DNA of 63,081 nucleotides, the filler included, from Octopus bimaculoides (taxonomy: Eukaryota), in assembly GCF_001194135.2 (NCBI RefSeq). It is 7 parts of 7 records of this genome, joined end to end, with 100 filler letters (N's around TTAATTAATTAA, not from the genome) between each part and the next. Parts side by side here need not be neighbours in the genome. Positions count along the whole stretch, not along the records: positions 8,517 to 29,083 come from NC_068986.1; positions 29,184 to 31,658 come from NW_026336486.1; positions 31,759 to 40,032 come from NC_068991.1; 4 more parts are not named here. One strand, 5' to 3'. This document shows positions 27,519-40,132 of the stretch, one piece after another. Positions within the stretch are counted from its first letter, which is position 1. Each line of letters starts with the position of its first letter. Under the pieces are notes generated by a model. It did not search any database, had not been told where the DNA came from, and saw only the letters and a program-made list of their open reading frames with translations. The translations under genes were made by a program, and so were the position numbers.

Positions 27519-28730
27519 AAATGCAGACCCTGTGGAAAGAGTGTGGAAAATGTGACCCATTTGGTAAGTGGATGTGAGAGCCTTGCACAAAAAGAGCCTT
27601 GCACAAAAAGAGCCTTGCACAAAAAGAGCCTTGCGCAAAAAGAGCCTTGCACAAAAAGAGCCTTGCACAAGCGCCGCCACGATAAAGTGTGTATGTATCT
27701 TCATTGGCTCTTTTGCCATAAGTACCAACGACATGAAGGAAAAGACAAAAAGAGAGTACCTACAGTGAGTGAGAAAAACATTGACTTCAAAGATGAATGC
27801 CAGAAACATAATTTCGGCAATAAGCTCGCGCACAGTCGTAGTAGTTCAGTATGGTGCTGGAATCTTGAAGTGGACAGAAGAGGGGCTAAATGAAATGGAC
27901 AGGAAGTCAAGAAAGCTCTTAACAATGCATGGAGCTCATCATCCACGTGCAGACACTGATTGCCTATACATGAAGAGAGCAAAGGGAAGAAGAAGACCGA
28001 TAAGTGCGGAAAACTGCGTGCGTATCTAACTTGATAACTTAATGAGATACCTAGCCTAGAGTGGATGAAACCATTGCCTACGTTACGAACGAATGCCCTA
28101 GATTTACCCCAAACCACAACAAGTTGTGCCGACATGATCAGGTAGCCAAAGTGCTACACTGGAAACTGTGCGAAAAGTGGGAGCTAGAGAGAGACAAGAC
28201 GTGGTATGAGCACAAAACCATGGAGAGTAGCGGAGTCGGAGACAAGCAAAATCCTCAGGAATTTCCCAATCCAAACAGATCAGGTGCTAGAGCATAACAG
28301 ATTGAACCTAGTGGTGGTGGGCAAGGTGCACCACATATGCTATATAAGTGATGTTGCATGCCCCTTTGACCCACGAATAGTCAAGAAAGAAGACAAAAAG
28401 ATAGATAAGTACAACCCTCTTAAGTACGAAGTAATCCGGCTATGGAAAATGAAGAAGGTGAAGATAGTGCCAATTATTGTTGGGTTCTTGGGAACAGTAT
28501 CAGAAGGCCTGCAGGAGAATATAAAGGAAAATGGAATAGAGTGCCAAGTAACTGTTACAACAGGTTTGCACCCAAAGCACGGCCAGAATAATCAGGAAAC
28601 TATTTGATAGCTGAAAAGAATAGATAGCATGATACTGTAAGCAGAAGGTAGCAAGCTCGCTACGCATGCAAGGCTCTAGGAGCTCCAACAAAACCTGTGA
28701 TAAAAAGAAATAATAACAATAATAATAATG

Positions 28731-28818
<88 letters not shown>
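27519..28818 (+). mobile_element. Mosaic R4/Dong-clade retrotransposon 3' region ending in an (AAT)n tract
   Basis: KCRPCGKSVENVTHLVSGC..RHDKV, then YGAGILKWT..MDRKSRKLLTMHGAHHPRAD, RHDQVAKVLHW, DVACPFD..KKEDKKIDKY..VPIIVGFLG, a 3' UTR, and (AAT)n at 28710-28818. Confidence 0.88.
27581..27670. repeat. Minisatellite, 16-bp unit CCTTGCACAAAAAGAG x~5.6, expanded inside the retroelement zinc-knuckle region
   Basis: Direct repeats; the translation cycles through SLAQKE / PCTKR / ALHKK. Confidence 0.95.
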
Positions 28819-28819
28819 G

Positions 28820-29083
28820 CAACAACCCCAAAAAAGGACCATTAAAACAACGAACTTAGCACCTGAGCAACTCTGGGCCCCTATAACAACTGAAGAGGTC
28901 ACCCAGACACTGCAAAGACTAAGCAACTGGAAAGCATCTGGACACGACAAGATCCCCAATTTCTGGTTAAAACACCTGCCAGCAATGCATAAAAAGCTGG
29001 CAGAAAACTTTAACAACATAATAGCAGATCCAGAAACAATGCCTGAATGGCTCACAAAAGGGAAAACCATCTTAATCCCCAAA
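28820..29083 (+). mobile_element. R4/Dong-clade RT N-terminal fragment, uninterrupted up to the gap
   Basis: ITTEEVTQTLQRLSNWKASGHDKIPNFWLKHL..PEWLTKGKTILIPK matches RT domains 0-1 of RLE-type non-LTR elements. Confidence 0.88.
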
Positions 29084-30046
29084 NNNNNNNNNNNNNNNNN
29101 NNNNNNNNNNNNNNNNNNNNNNNNNNNTTAATTAATTAANNNNNNNNNNNNNNNNNNNNNNNNNNNNNNNNNNNNNNNNNNNNCGGGCTTCTTTCAGTTT
29201 CCGTTTACCAAATCCACTCACAAGGCTTTGCTCAGCGCGAGGCTACAGTAGAAGACCCTTGCCCAAGCTGTCACGCAGTGGGATTGAACCTGGAGCCATG
29301 TAGTTGGAAAGTAAGCTTCTTACCACACAGCCATTCCTGCGCCTATGGTAAAACAAAATCTAAAAAGATCGGTGATTTGCATCAGCAGCCGATTTCCTAA
29401 ACTTTGTAGCCATCTTTAATTCTACTCCTGTTAACTTTTCTCTGAAGAAATGCCACTCTCTGAAACGTATTTTTCGTTTCTGTTCCCCTCGACATTTTAA
29501 CTACTCTATCCTCGATTTATACATACATTAACACACACATACATGCATATGTATGATGTATGTATGTATATATATATATATTTTTCACGTCCGTGTGTTT
29601 TGTGTACTCGTTTATCATTTTGTCTACGCTTTGTTTGCAATGTCCTGTATCCAGATATGCATCTATATATACAGGTAGATGTAAGTATGTACATACATGT
29701 ACGTATATATGCATATACTCATTTATTATTTGTATTATATATATATATATACATATATATATACGTACATATATATATATTTGTATATATATGCATGCAT
29801 GTATATATTTTTGTATATATATGTGTATCTATCTACATTTATATATATACATATATATATATATATTCAAAACCTGGTAGACAATTAAATCTTTTATTCT
29901 GTATATTTCTCATTTTATCTTGCCCGCTTATGCTCTGGTGTCTTGCGAAATTTTTTTTTTGTGGAGAACATTATTTTTCTTTGTGGTTGGGTCGTTGATG
30001 ACCTCTTTCTAGCATATAGGATGTCCACTTAGTGGTCATCCCTTCT

Positions 30047-30084
<38 letters not shown>

Positions 30085-30914
30085 NNNNNNNNNNNNNNNN
30101 NNNNNNNNNNNNNNNNNNNNNNNNNNNNNNNNNNNNNNNNNNNNNNNNNNNNNNNNNNNNNNNNNNNNNNNNNNNNNNNNNNNNNNNNNNNNNNNNNNNN
30201 NNNNNNNNNNNNNNNNNNNNNNNNNNNNNNNNNNNNNNNNNNNNNNNNNNNNNNNNNNNNNNNNNNNNNNNNNNNNNNNNNNNNNNNNNNNNNNNNNNNN
30301 NNNNNNNNNNNNNNNNNNNNNNNNNNNNNNNNNNNNNNNNNNNNNNNNNNNNNNNNNNNNNNNNNNNNNNNNNNNNNNNNNNNNNNNNNNNNNNNNNNNN
30401 NNNNNNNNNNNNNNNNNNNNNNNNNNNNNNNNNNNNNNNNNNNNNNNNNNNNNNNNNNNNNNNNNNNNNNNNNNNNNNNNNNNNNNNNNNNNNNNNNNNN
30501 NNNNNNNNNNNNNNNNNNNNNNNNNNNNNNNNNNNNNNNNNNNNNNNNNNNNNNNNNNNNNNNNNNNNNNNNNNNNNNNNNNNNNNNNNNNNNNNNNNNN
30601 NNNNNNNNNNNNNNNNNNACATACATTAAAATGCACACATACATACATACATGCAAGCATGCATACGTACATGCATGCATACGTACATACATACATACAT
30701 GTATGCATGCATACGTACTTACATATATACATACATGTATCCATACATACATACATACGTACACACATACATACGTACGTACATACATACGTACATACAT
30801 ACATATAAATGCACACATACATACATACATACATGCATGCATGCATACGTACATATATACATACATGTATCCATACATACATACATACATACATACATAC
30901 ATACAAACATACAT

Positions 30915-31190
30915 ACTTTCTGGAACTGTAAAAATCTGTAAAACTTTCCAGAAGTTTATCATTTAAGTATAGCATGCAAGCATGTCCAGATATGCAAATA
31001 TATGCATGAGGAGACATACATAAAGCAAAACATACAAATATGCACATATACATGCATTCAAAAATACCCCGCTGCAGATGGTAAAATTCCAATGAAGGAA
31101 CCTCGTACCTAGGCTAGAAACCGGCTCTTTGTCTTTCGGCAAGAAATCTTGAAATAAAACTTAATAATTACATACATACATACATACATA
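30915..31190 (+). mobile_element. Extreme 3' end of an R4/Dong-clade element (ORF C-terminus + 3' UTR + (CATA)n tail); 3' tip also at ~24598-24672
   Basis: SGTVKICKTFQKFII* matches the C-termini at 16046 (ETIKMCETFLKFQV*) and ~62010 (KICKTFQS*). The UTR motif GAAACCGGCTC is shared with 15985-15995(-). Confidence 0.75.
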
Positions 31191-31214
31191 CACACACGGT
31201 AGGCTTCTTTCAGT

Positions 31215-31313
31215 GGAGATCCTGGTGACAGAGGAGGACGTGGTGGATTTGGAAAAGACAGAGGTCTACCCCAAGACAGCAGATCTGAGATTCGACCAAG
31301 GCCAAATCCTTAG
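31215..31313 (+). pseudogene. RGG-rich coding fragment (FET/FUS-EWS-like C-terminus) inserted in a SINE copy
   Basis: Translates GDPGDRGGRGGFGKDRGLPQDSRSEIRPRPNP*. Family A SINE sequence lies on both sides (31200-31214 and ~31372-31460). Confidence 0.45.
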
Positions 31314-31859
31314 AATTCTTTCTACTTTCTCATCCCATCAGATGTAAAAGAGGATACCAATTCCTCATTTTAAATCTACTGGCCAGGGTTTTGTGTCACC
31401 CTGGGGATATTGCAGAAGATACTTGCCAAAGATGCCACGCGGTGGGACTGAACCTAAATCCGTATAGTTGAGAGAAAAAAATAATTCTTACCGAACTGTT
31501 ACTCCATGCCTCGGAAACAGTATGATTCTACTTTGATAGGAGGAAGATTTACCCCGTTGCCGACCAGGATCAGGGCTTGAAATTAAACAACAACGGTGAC
31601 GATACCACAACCACCACCACCACCACCGTCACCTCCACCAAACCAACACCACCACCACNNNNNNNNNNNNNNNNNNNNNNNNNNNNNNNNNNNNNNNNNN
31701 NNTTAATTAATTAANNNNNNNNNNNNNNNNNNNNNNNNNNNNNNNNNNNNNNNNNNNNCTGGATGCCCTTCCTAATGCCAACCACTCCGAGAGTGTAATG
31801 GGTGCTTTCTACTCCTTTCAAATACACAGGCACACATGCGCGCACACACACACACATAC

Positions 31860-31890
<31 letters not shown>

Positions 31891-33815
31891 TACACACACA
31901 CACAAAAAAAAACACACCCACACACTCTCTCCCACTGGACAATGAGGTCAAAAAAAATTTTTGAAAAACAACTTTCTTCCAAACAATGCCACCTGGAAAC
32001 TCCTGAATGCAATTATAACGAAAAAAGCCAAAAAGACTTCTAAAACAAGGAAAGAAAATAGGAATGGCACAATAACAGCAAGGAACGAACCTAAAACAAA
32101 CTTGAAAGAAACAAATTCATGAATAAAAAACTGAAGAAGCTTGCTTCCCAGTCACATGGTGCTGGGTTCAATCTCACTGTGTGGACCCTTGGGTAAGTGT
32201 CTACTACTATAGCCTTGGACTGACCAAAGCCTTGTGAGTGGATTTGGTAGATGGAAACAGAATGAAGCTTATGGTGCATATATTTTTTTAGATATTTTGC
32301 AAACAACTTGCAGATGTAAGAGCTACGAGTTGAAAGCTCTGCATATCGGATGCTAGCAAGTTTATGGGGTCATCAGGAGTGAATATGCGCCATTTCAGAG
32401 CCTGCCTCTTGATGGCATCATTGCGCACTGGTCCCTCTCACTGAAATGAGGCCCCACTTGCTAGATCAACTGGTATATATCTTTGTGTGCATGCGTGTGT
32501 GTGTGTGTTCGTCCACCCGCTTAGCATTGCTTGGCAACTAGCATTGGTATGTTTAAGACATGTGACTTAGCAGCTCAGCAAAAGAGAACGATAGAATAAG
32601 TACTAGGCCAAAAAAAAAAAATAAATAAATAAAATTCCTAGAGTTGTTCGTTCAATTAAAAACCTTTAAGGCAGTGCTCCAGCTTGGCCATAGTCAAATG
32701 ACTGAAACAAATAAAAGAATAAAACAATAGAGACTGGAGGAATTTGATAGCTCATTATTTGTAAATAATTTATGTAATTAACTAATTGGTCGAAGCTAAA
32801 CTGTTGCGTTATGGCTTCTAAAAATTTCTTATGTCAAATTTCCTCAACAAGAACATGGCAGACGTTTATAACATTATTTTTATGTGAATTCAGTGAGTTC
32901 TTTTCTCAATTTCTGATTTGGGACGTCTGCTGTCAATTGAAACATTAAGTCAAGGGATTCTTGCATCATGTTACATTCTTTTTTATTCTAGGCACAAGGC
33001 CTGAAATTTTTGGGGAGAGAGCCAGTCGATTAGATCGACCCCCAGTACGCAACTCGTACTTATTTTATCAACCCTGAAAGTATGAAAAGCAAAGTCGACC
33101 TCAGCAGAATTTGAACTCAGAATGTAAAGACAGACAAAATACCAATAAGCATTTCACCTGGTGTGCTAACGATTCTGCCAGCTCTCTGCCTTTGCAACAT
33201 GTTATATTCTTTTCTACCCAAGGCACAAGGTGGGGCAATCGATTAGATCAACCCTAGTACACAACTGGTACTTAATTTATCAACCGCGAAAGGATGAAAG
33301 GCAAAGTCGACCTTGGTGGAATTTGAACTCAGAACGTAAAGATGGACGAAATACCACTAAGCATTTTGCACGGCGTGCTTAAGATTCTGCCAGCTCTCTG
33401 TCTTTGTATCATGTTATATTATGTGTGCTTGTGTGTGTATGTATGTATGTATGTATGTATGTATGCCATCATTATATGAATATATGTATGTGTGTGTGTG
33501 TATGTGCGTGTTCATTTGTGTGTGTGTATATGTGTATCTATCTATCTGCTCAGCCACCTGCATGTTAATTTCAGAAGCAGGTTGTAACCGTTGATCAGAT
33601 CAACTGGAACCATCATCATCATAACCAGATGGACTGCCAGAATATAGACATTTACACACACACGCACACACAGGCACACATACACACACACACACACATG
33701 CACACACACATACACACGCACACATATACCCTGAGATATCCTGGATGTTCGTTTTATTTTTTGTGACAGCCAATCAGATGTGAAGAATGAAGGAAATAAA
33801 CAGGGAAGAGCGAGA

Positions 33816-33851
<36 letters not shown>

Positions 33852-33959
33852 AAGGGAGAGAGAAAAAGCGAGAGAGAGAAAGAGTGAGAAACGGAGTGAA
33901 GAAACTGAGAGAGAGAGAGTGAGACAGAGGCAGAGAAAGTGAGAGAAAGACAGACAGAC

Positions 33960-33996
<37 letters not shown>

Positions 33997-34215
33997 TATA
34001 GAGATAGATAGACAGACAGATAGATAGATAGATAGATAGATAGAGAAGGGGGGTACAGATCTCTTTAATCTTTTCAGATTAACCTTTTCATCTAACCAAC
34101 TAAGTATGTAAGAAAGTTGTTTCCATAATCCTTTATCAAGCTTATATGTCACAAAATGGGCCAATGTGAGGTAACCTTAAACATTGTAAACAAAATTTAG
34201 ACACACACACACACA

Positions 34216-34277
34216 TAGGCGCACCCACAATTAGGTGCACCCACAATTAGGTGCACCCACAATTAGGTGCACCCACA
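34216..34277. repeat. Minisatellite, 16-bp unit TAGGTGCACCCACAAT x~3.9
   Basis: Read directly from the sequence. Confidence 0.95.
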
Positions 34278-34486
34278 TATGCACTCATACATATATTCAT
34301 ATATATGTACATTATGTACGTACAAGTATGCATATATACATACATCCATCTATCTATTCATCTATCCATCAATCTATCTATCGTCTGTCTGTCTATCTAT
34401 ATCTAACTATCTATTTTGTTTCTCCTGTTGTCTTCTTTTTCCTTTTGTTCACTGCCTTCTGTCTGTCTGTTTGTCTGCCTCTCTTT

Positions 34487-34532
<46 letters not shown>

Positions 34533-34534
<2 letters not shown>

Positions 34535-34875
34535 GGCACATGGTTCAGTGGTTAGAGCATCAAGCTGATGATCGTGAGGTTGTGAGTTCGAATCCTGGAT
34601 TGGGCTGCATGTTGTTGTTCTTGAGCAAGACACTTTATTTCACATTGCTCCAGTTCATTCAGCTGTAGAAATGTGTTGCGACGTCACAGGTGCCATGCTG
34701 TATCGACTCCTTTGCCTTTCCCTTGGATAGTATCAGTGGCGTGAAGAGGGGAGGCTGGTATGCATGGGCGACTGCTGGTCTTCCATAAACAACCTTGCCT
34801 GGTCTTGTGCCTGGGAGAGTAACTTTCTAGGTGCAATCCCATGGTCAGTCATGACCAAAGGGGATCTCAGGGGTC
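34533..34875 (+). mobile_element. tRNA-derived SINE family C, full-length copy
   Basis: A box TGGTTCAGTGG, B box GAGTTCGAATCC, core GTTCTTGAGCAAGACACTTTATTTC; matches 2890-3237(-). Confidence 0.88.
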
Positions 34876-34900
34876 TCAGCATATATATATATATATGTGC

Positions 34901-34969
<69 letters not shown>

Positions 34970-36972
34970 TACACACATACACACACACATGCCAACCACT
35001 TTACACCCTGTACTGGGCCCTTTTTATCATGCCACCAGCACCAGTGAAGTCACAATACATCTTGCAATACTACAAACATACAATACCTTAGGGGGTTGCT
35101 TCATGATGATAATGAATATAAAATATATCATTTGAGTGTGGCGGTTGCCAGTACTGCCTGACTGGACTTCGTGCCCACTACACTCTCGGAGTGGTTGGCA
35201 TTAGGAAGGGCATCCAGCTGTAGAAACTCTGCCAAATCAGATTGGAGCCTGGTGTAGCCATCTGGTTTCAGCAGTCCTCAGTCAAATCGTCCAATCCATG
35301 CTATCATGGAAAGCGGATGTTAAACGACGATGACGATGATGAATATATATGCGCATGTGAGTGTGTGTATGCTTGTATTACCTTGTTCTGACATTCCATG
35401 GTCGTTGTAGATGAGTGTCACTGTTATATAAGCAGTGTATATTTATTTTCTATCTTCTGTGAAAACGTGTCTGAGTCTGAACATGAGGAATTATATCACC
35501 TCTCTTGGATTCAGGTTGAGGGTTGGTAACAGGGAGGGCACCTGGCCATAGAAAACCTGCCTCAAAAAATTTTTGCCCTATTCGTGGAAGTATGGACAAG
35601 CAGTCATTCAAGTGCTGAGGATGAGGATGAAGTTGATGACAATGATGATGACGATGATGATGACATCGACAATGATGACGACGACAACAATGACGATGAC
35701 AATGACGACGACAACGATGACGACGACGACGATGATGACAAAGATGATGATGACGACAAAGATGATGATGACGACAAAGATGATGATGATGATGNNNNNN
35801 NNNNNNNNNNNNNNNNNNNNNNNNNNNNNNNNNNNNNNNNNNNNNNNNNNNNNNNNNNNNNNNNNNNNNNNNNNNNNNNNNNNNNNNNNNNNNNNNNNNN
35901 NNNNNNNNNNNNNNNNNNNNNNNNNNNNNNNNNNNNNNNNNNNNNNNNNNNNNNNNNNNNNNNNNNNNNNNNNNNNNNNNNNNNNNNNNNNNNNNNNNNN
36001 NNNNNNNNNNNNNNNNNNNNNNNNNNNNNNNNNNNNNNNNNNNNNNNNNNNNNNNNNNNNNNNNNNNNNNNNNNNNNNNNNNNNNNNNNNNNNNNNNNNN
36101 NNNNNNNNNNNNNNNNNNNNNNNNNNNNNNNNNNNNNNNNNNNNNNNNNNNNNNNNNNNNNNNNNNNNNNNNNNNNNNNNNNNNNNNNNNNNNNNNNNNN
36201 NNNNNNNNNNNNNNNNNNNNNNNNNNNNNNNNNNNNNNNNNNNNNNNNNNNNNNNNNNNNNNNNNNNNNNNNNNNNNNNNNNNNNNNNNNNNNNNNNNNN
36301 NNNNNNNNNNNNNNNNNNNNNNNNNNNNNNNNNNNNNNNNNNNNNNNNNNNNNNNNNNNNNNNNNNNNNNNNNNNNNNNNNNNNNNNNNNTTAACAAGAG
36401 ATTCTTTCTCTCCATCTCTCCATCCCCCCTCCCTCTCTCTGTCTTGGGAGCCTGGCTGTATTTTTGTTCTGCACTCAAGTAACAATGGGATGTGATTTGA
36501 GCACATGTGTTGGTATCACCATATTCTAAAATAGCTGCTAAAAATGCTTTGATGTGAGGGGAGGAGAGTTTAAAAAAGCCAGTCAACAAGCGATAGGTCA
36601 TGGATAATTGTAGCCCAATTTGCTTTGTGCAGATCCACATTGTCAAATGGGGTGTGCTGGAGTGAAGGTGGTTGGTTTAATTTTCAAATGCTGAAAAACT
36701 GAGGTTACAAAGTACCGCATCATAGGCCGAGAGGAAATTTTGTGTTTTTGACTGAGATATCATGGCTGGTGGTAGGCCAATAGGTGCAGGTGTAGCAGAG
36801 GTGGTCAAGAAGGTTGCTTCTCAAGCACACGGTTTAAGGTTCAGATCCACTTTATGACACCTCGGACAAATGTTCTCTACTATAGCCCTGGGCCAACCAG
36901 TACTCTGGTTGATGGAAACTCTGTGGAATTCTGCTGTGTGAGTTTGTGTATGTGTGTGTGAGATCGTCGTCG

Positions 36973-37021
<49 letters not shown>

Positions 37022-37216
37022 TATCATTATCATCATCATTTAGTGTCCGTTTTCCATGCTGGCATGGAGGCAGTTTCATTGGAACTGGTAAGCCAAGAGC
37101 TGTACTAGGTTCCAGTCTGATTATGGCTTGTTTTCTACTGCTGGATACCCTAATGCCAGACACTCTAAGAGTGTATATGTACATAAGAATAAGCACACAC
37201 ACACCTATATATATAA

Positions 37217-37248
<32 letters not shown>

Positions 37249-37372
37249 GNNNNNNNNNNNNNNNNNNNNNNNNNNNNNNNNNNNNNNNNNNNNNNNNNNN
37301 NNNNNNNNNNNNNNNNNNNNNNNNNNNNNNNNNNNNNNNNNNNNNNNNNNNNNNNNNNNNNNNNNNNNNNNN

Positions 37373-37417
<45 letters not shown>

Positions 37418-37439
37418 TATATATAATAAATAAAATAAA

Positions 37440-37685
37440 TGCGCCCTTTTAAAGCCTAGCCTGGCTCATGGGCCCGGTTTCCCGGTTTCAATGGCGAATG
37501 TGTTCCCCAGCTGGACAGGGACGCCAGTCCATGGCAGTGTTACTCATTTTTTGCCAGCTGAGTGGACTGGAGCAACGTGAAATGAAGTGTTTTGCTCAAT
37601 AACACAACGCGTCGCCTGGTCCAGGAATCGAAACCACAATCTTACGATCATGGTGCTGACACACTAACCACTAAGCCACGTGCCC
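37440..37685 (-). mobile_element. Family C head/core with an alternative tail
   Basis: Minus-strand head GTGGCTTAGTGGTTAG..GGTTTCGATTCC and core GTGTTATTGAGCAAAACACTTCATTTC, then GACTGGCGTCCCTGTCCAGCTGGGG..GGGCGCATTTA. Confidence 0.75.
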
Positions 37686-37689
37686 CCAC

Positions 37690-37723
<34 letters not shown>

Positions 37724-37973
37724 GGCACATAAAAGGCACCTTCTGTGATCATTGCCAGTACCACCTGACTGGTCTTCGTGCGGGTGACACGTAAAAGCAC
37801 CCACTACACTCTCTGAGTGGTTGGCGTTAGGAAGGGCATCCAGCTGTAGAAACTCTGCCAAATCAGTTTGGAGTCAGGTGCAGCCTTCTGGCTTGCCAGC
37901 CCTCAGTCAAATTGTCCAACCCATGCCAGCATGGAAAGCGAACATTAAACGACAACAATGATGATGATGATGA

Positions 37974-38009
<36 letters not shown>

Positions 38010-38105
38010 ACTTATTATTATTTAAAACAGTTTGATTCGGGTGGGTGACTCTATACAACTTAAAATTTCCTAGGCTTGTGTGTGTGTGCACATATGTGTG
38101 TGTGT

Positions 38106-38136
<31 letters not shown>

Positions 38137-39190
38137 TGTATGCATGCATGTAGGAATGCAAGTGTGCATGCGTATGTGCATATGTGTTGGTGCAGGTTTT
38201 TCATAGCATGGCCACCACTACACACTCTTTCTTTTTCTTTACTTCGTCTACTTCTTTTCGTCCTCTTTCCCTCCTCCATCCTCTCTTCGTTACTCTCTTC
38301 TGTCTCTCTTCCATCTCTTCCCCTCTCATCCCCCCCACCGCCCCTTTCTTCTCCCTCACAAATCTCCGGTGTCTCCTACCTTGCCCCTTAATTCTTTTCA
38401 GTTCCATTCTCTCTCTCTCTCTCCTTCTCCCCTTCTCTCTCCCTCCCTCTCTCTTTCTTTTGTCTTTACTCCTCCTCTTATCTACCTACAATCCATCTAC
38501 TCCTCCCATCACCCTCAGATCCACCTCTTCTCCACCCCCATCCATCATCCATTAATTACTTTGGTCAGTCATAACACTATAATTTCCTGTGCCACATTTT
38601 ACACCTGACACACAAATCCAATTTGTCCCCATAGCAACAGCTTCAATTGCTCAGTTGCTAACACCTTACCTGTCTACCTGTCAAAGTAAATCTAGACTTC
38701 CTATCCCTGCCAGATTTATTCAGCTTCTGGTGGGGTGGGGGTGGGGTGGTTATGTATGTGCAAAGAGTTGATACCTCTTGCATTGTATTCTTCATGTTAT
38801 ATTTAGAATCAAAAGGTTTTTGAAGAGTGCCTTGTTTATTCTCTTGTTTTTCTTTTTGTCTTCTATTTTTTTTTTTAACTCTATGAGGTAAATTTAAAGT
38901 AGATTTTGAAGAAGAATCAATATGTTTTACCAGAAAATATCTCCATGTAAATACAAACATTCTGTGATATGTACAAGTGTAATTGATAAAATACATTATT
39001 TATTTATGATGTACATAAGTATAGGCATAGCTGTGTGGTAGGAAGATTGTTTCCCAAACATATGGTCCTGGGTTCAATCACAATGAATGGCATTTTGGGT
39101 AAGTGTCCTCTACTAAGTCTTGTGAATGAATTTGATAGATAGAAACTGAAAGAAGGTTGTCATATATATATCCAAAAAATTAGGGAATGG

Positions 39191-39489
39191 ACAGTTCTAT
39201 ATTTAAGAGATGAAGAATTATGTACATTATTTATATTTGACAGATATTTGTCCTCATCTTCTTTGTTGTTAACATGTTTCAGCTGATACACTCTCCAGCC
39301 TTCATCAGGTGTCTTGGGGAAATTTTGAACCTGGGTTCTCATTCCTAAGGTATTTTTCAAGGTTGTTATTGTTATTATTATTATTATTATTATTATAATT
39401 ATTATTATTTAGGTCACTGCCTGGAATAGAACTCAGAATCTTGGGGTTAGTAACCACACTCTTAACCACTACGTCATATGCCCGTGGGC
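39191..39489 (-). mobile_element. tRNA-headed, hammerhead-bearing SINE-like element, copy 1 (decayed ribozyme at 39271-39313)
   Basis: Collinear with 43406-43701: same 5' start (CCACGGGCATAT), same (AAT)n spacer, same 3' end (AAATATAGAACTGT). Confidence 0.8.
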
Positions 39490-39929
39490 AATTATGGCAC
39501 CTTTTATGATCATCAGCCAAACGCCTCAACTCCTTCAGGTGCCTTATAAATATGATATATCTAAGTAAGATATTGATGTCATGAGACTGTTATGGGATTG
39601 GGATAGAAAAGGCAGCTTATAGGTAACAGATGATTCAGTCTGCTGAGTTATACTTCGAGCTGTTTAATGAGGCATGTTCATTAATAGAGAAGGAACCTGT
39701 TGCTACAAGATACTAAATACATCAATAATTAAATAGAACATATATATTATTTTGATAAGCATTCAAGGACATTATTGGAAATTATACCATCGTTTGCACT
39801 ATTCATTATTTAGAAGGACATTTATATCCCCACCATCCCACTCCATGAGTTGGGGCCGGTTGTACTTTTAATAATATATATGTGTATGTGAGTATATGAT
39901 TGTTTGTGTGTGTGTGAACAAAGTGTATG

Positions 39930-39968
<39 letters not shown>

Positions 39969-40132
39969 ATAATAATATTAGGGACAAAATCCAAACTTAC
40001 AGGTAAAAACTCAATTAAAATCAATTTATAAANNNNNNNNNNNNNNNNNNNNNNNNNNNNNNNNNNNNNNNNNNNNTTAATTAATTAANNNNNNNNNNNN
40101 NNNNNNNNNNNNNNNNNNNNNNNNNNNNNNNN

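Noticed and set aside
27581-27670. Short direct repeats as a possible CRISPR-like array
   Set aside because: The units are contiguous with no spacers, there are no cas genes, and the context is eukaryotic.
29440-29475. CTGAAGA...GAAACGTA; similar partial match at ~47525-47545
   Set aside because: Stems I and II cannot be formed, or the core is altered; this is consistent with chance.
34533-34605. tRNA-like sequences here and at 43406, 47005 and 2527
   Set aside because: A and B boxes are present but there is no complete cloverleaf or acceptor stem, and each continues into a repeat body, so they are SINE heads rather than tRNA genes.
35584-35794. Asp-rich ORF
   Set aside because: It is a (GAT/GAC)n microsatellite running into a gap.
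38931-38961. Possible 31-nt minus-strand micro-exon (AG...CTG|GTAAAA)
   Set aside because: It is too short to separate from chance splice-like motifs without RNA data.
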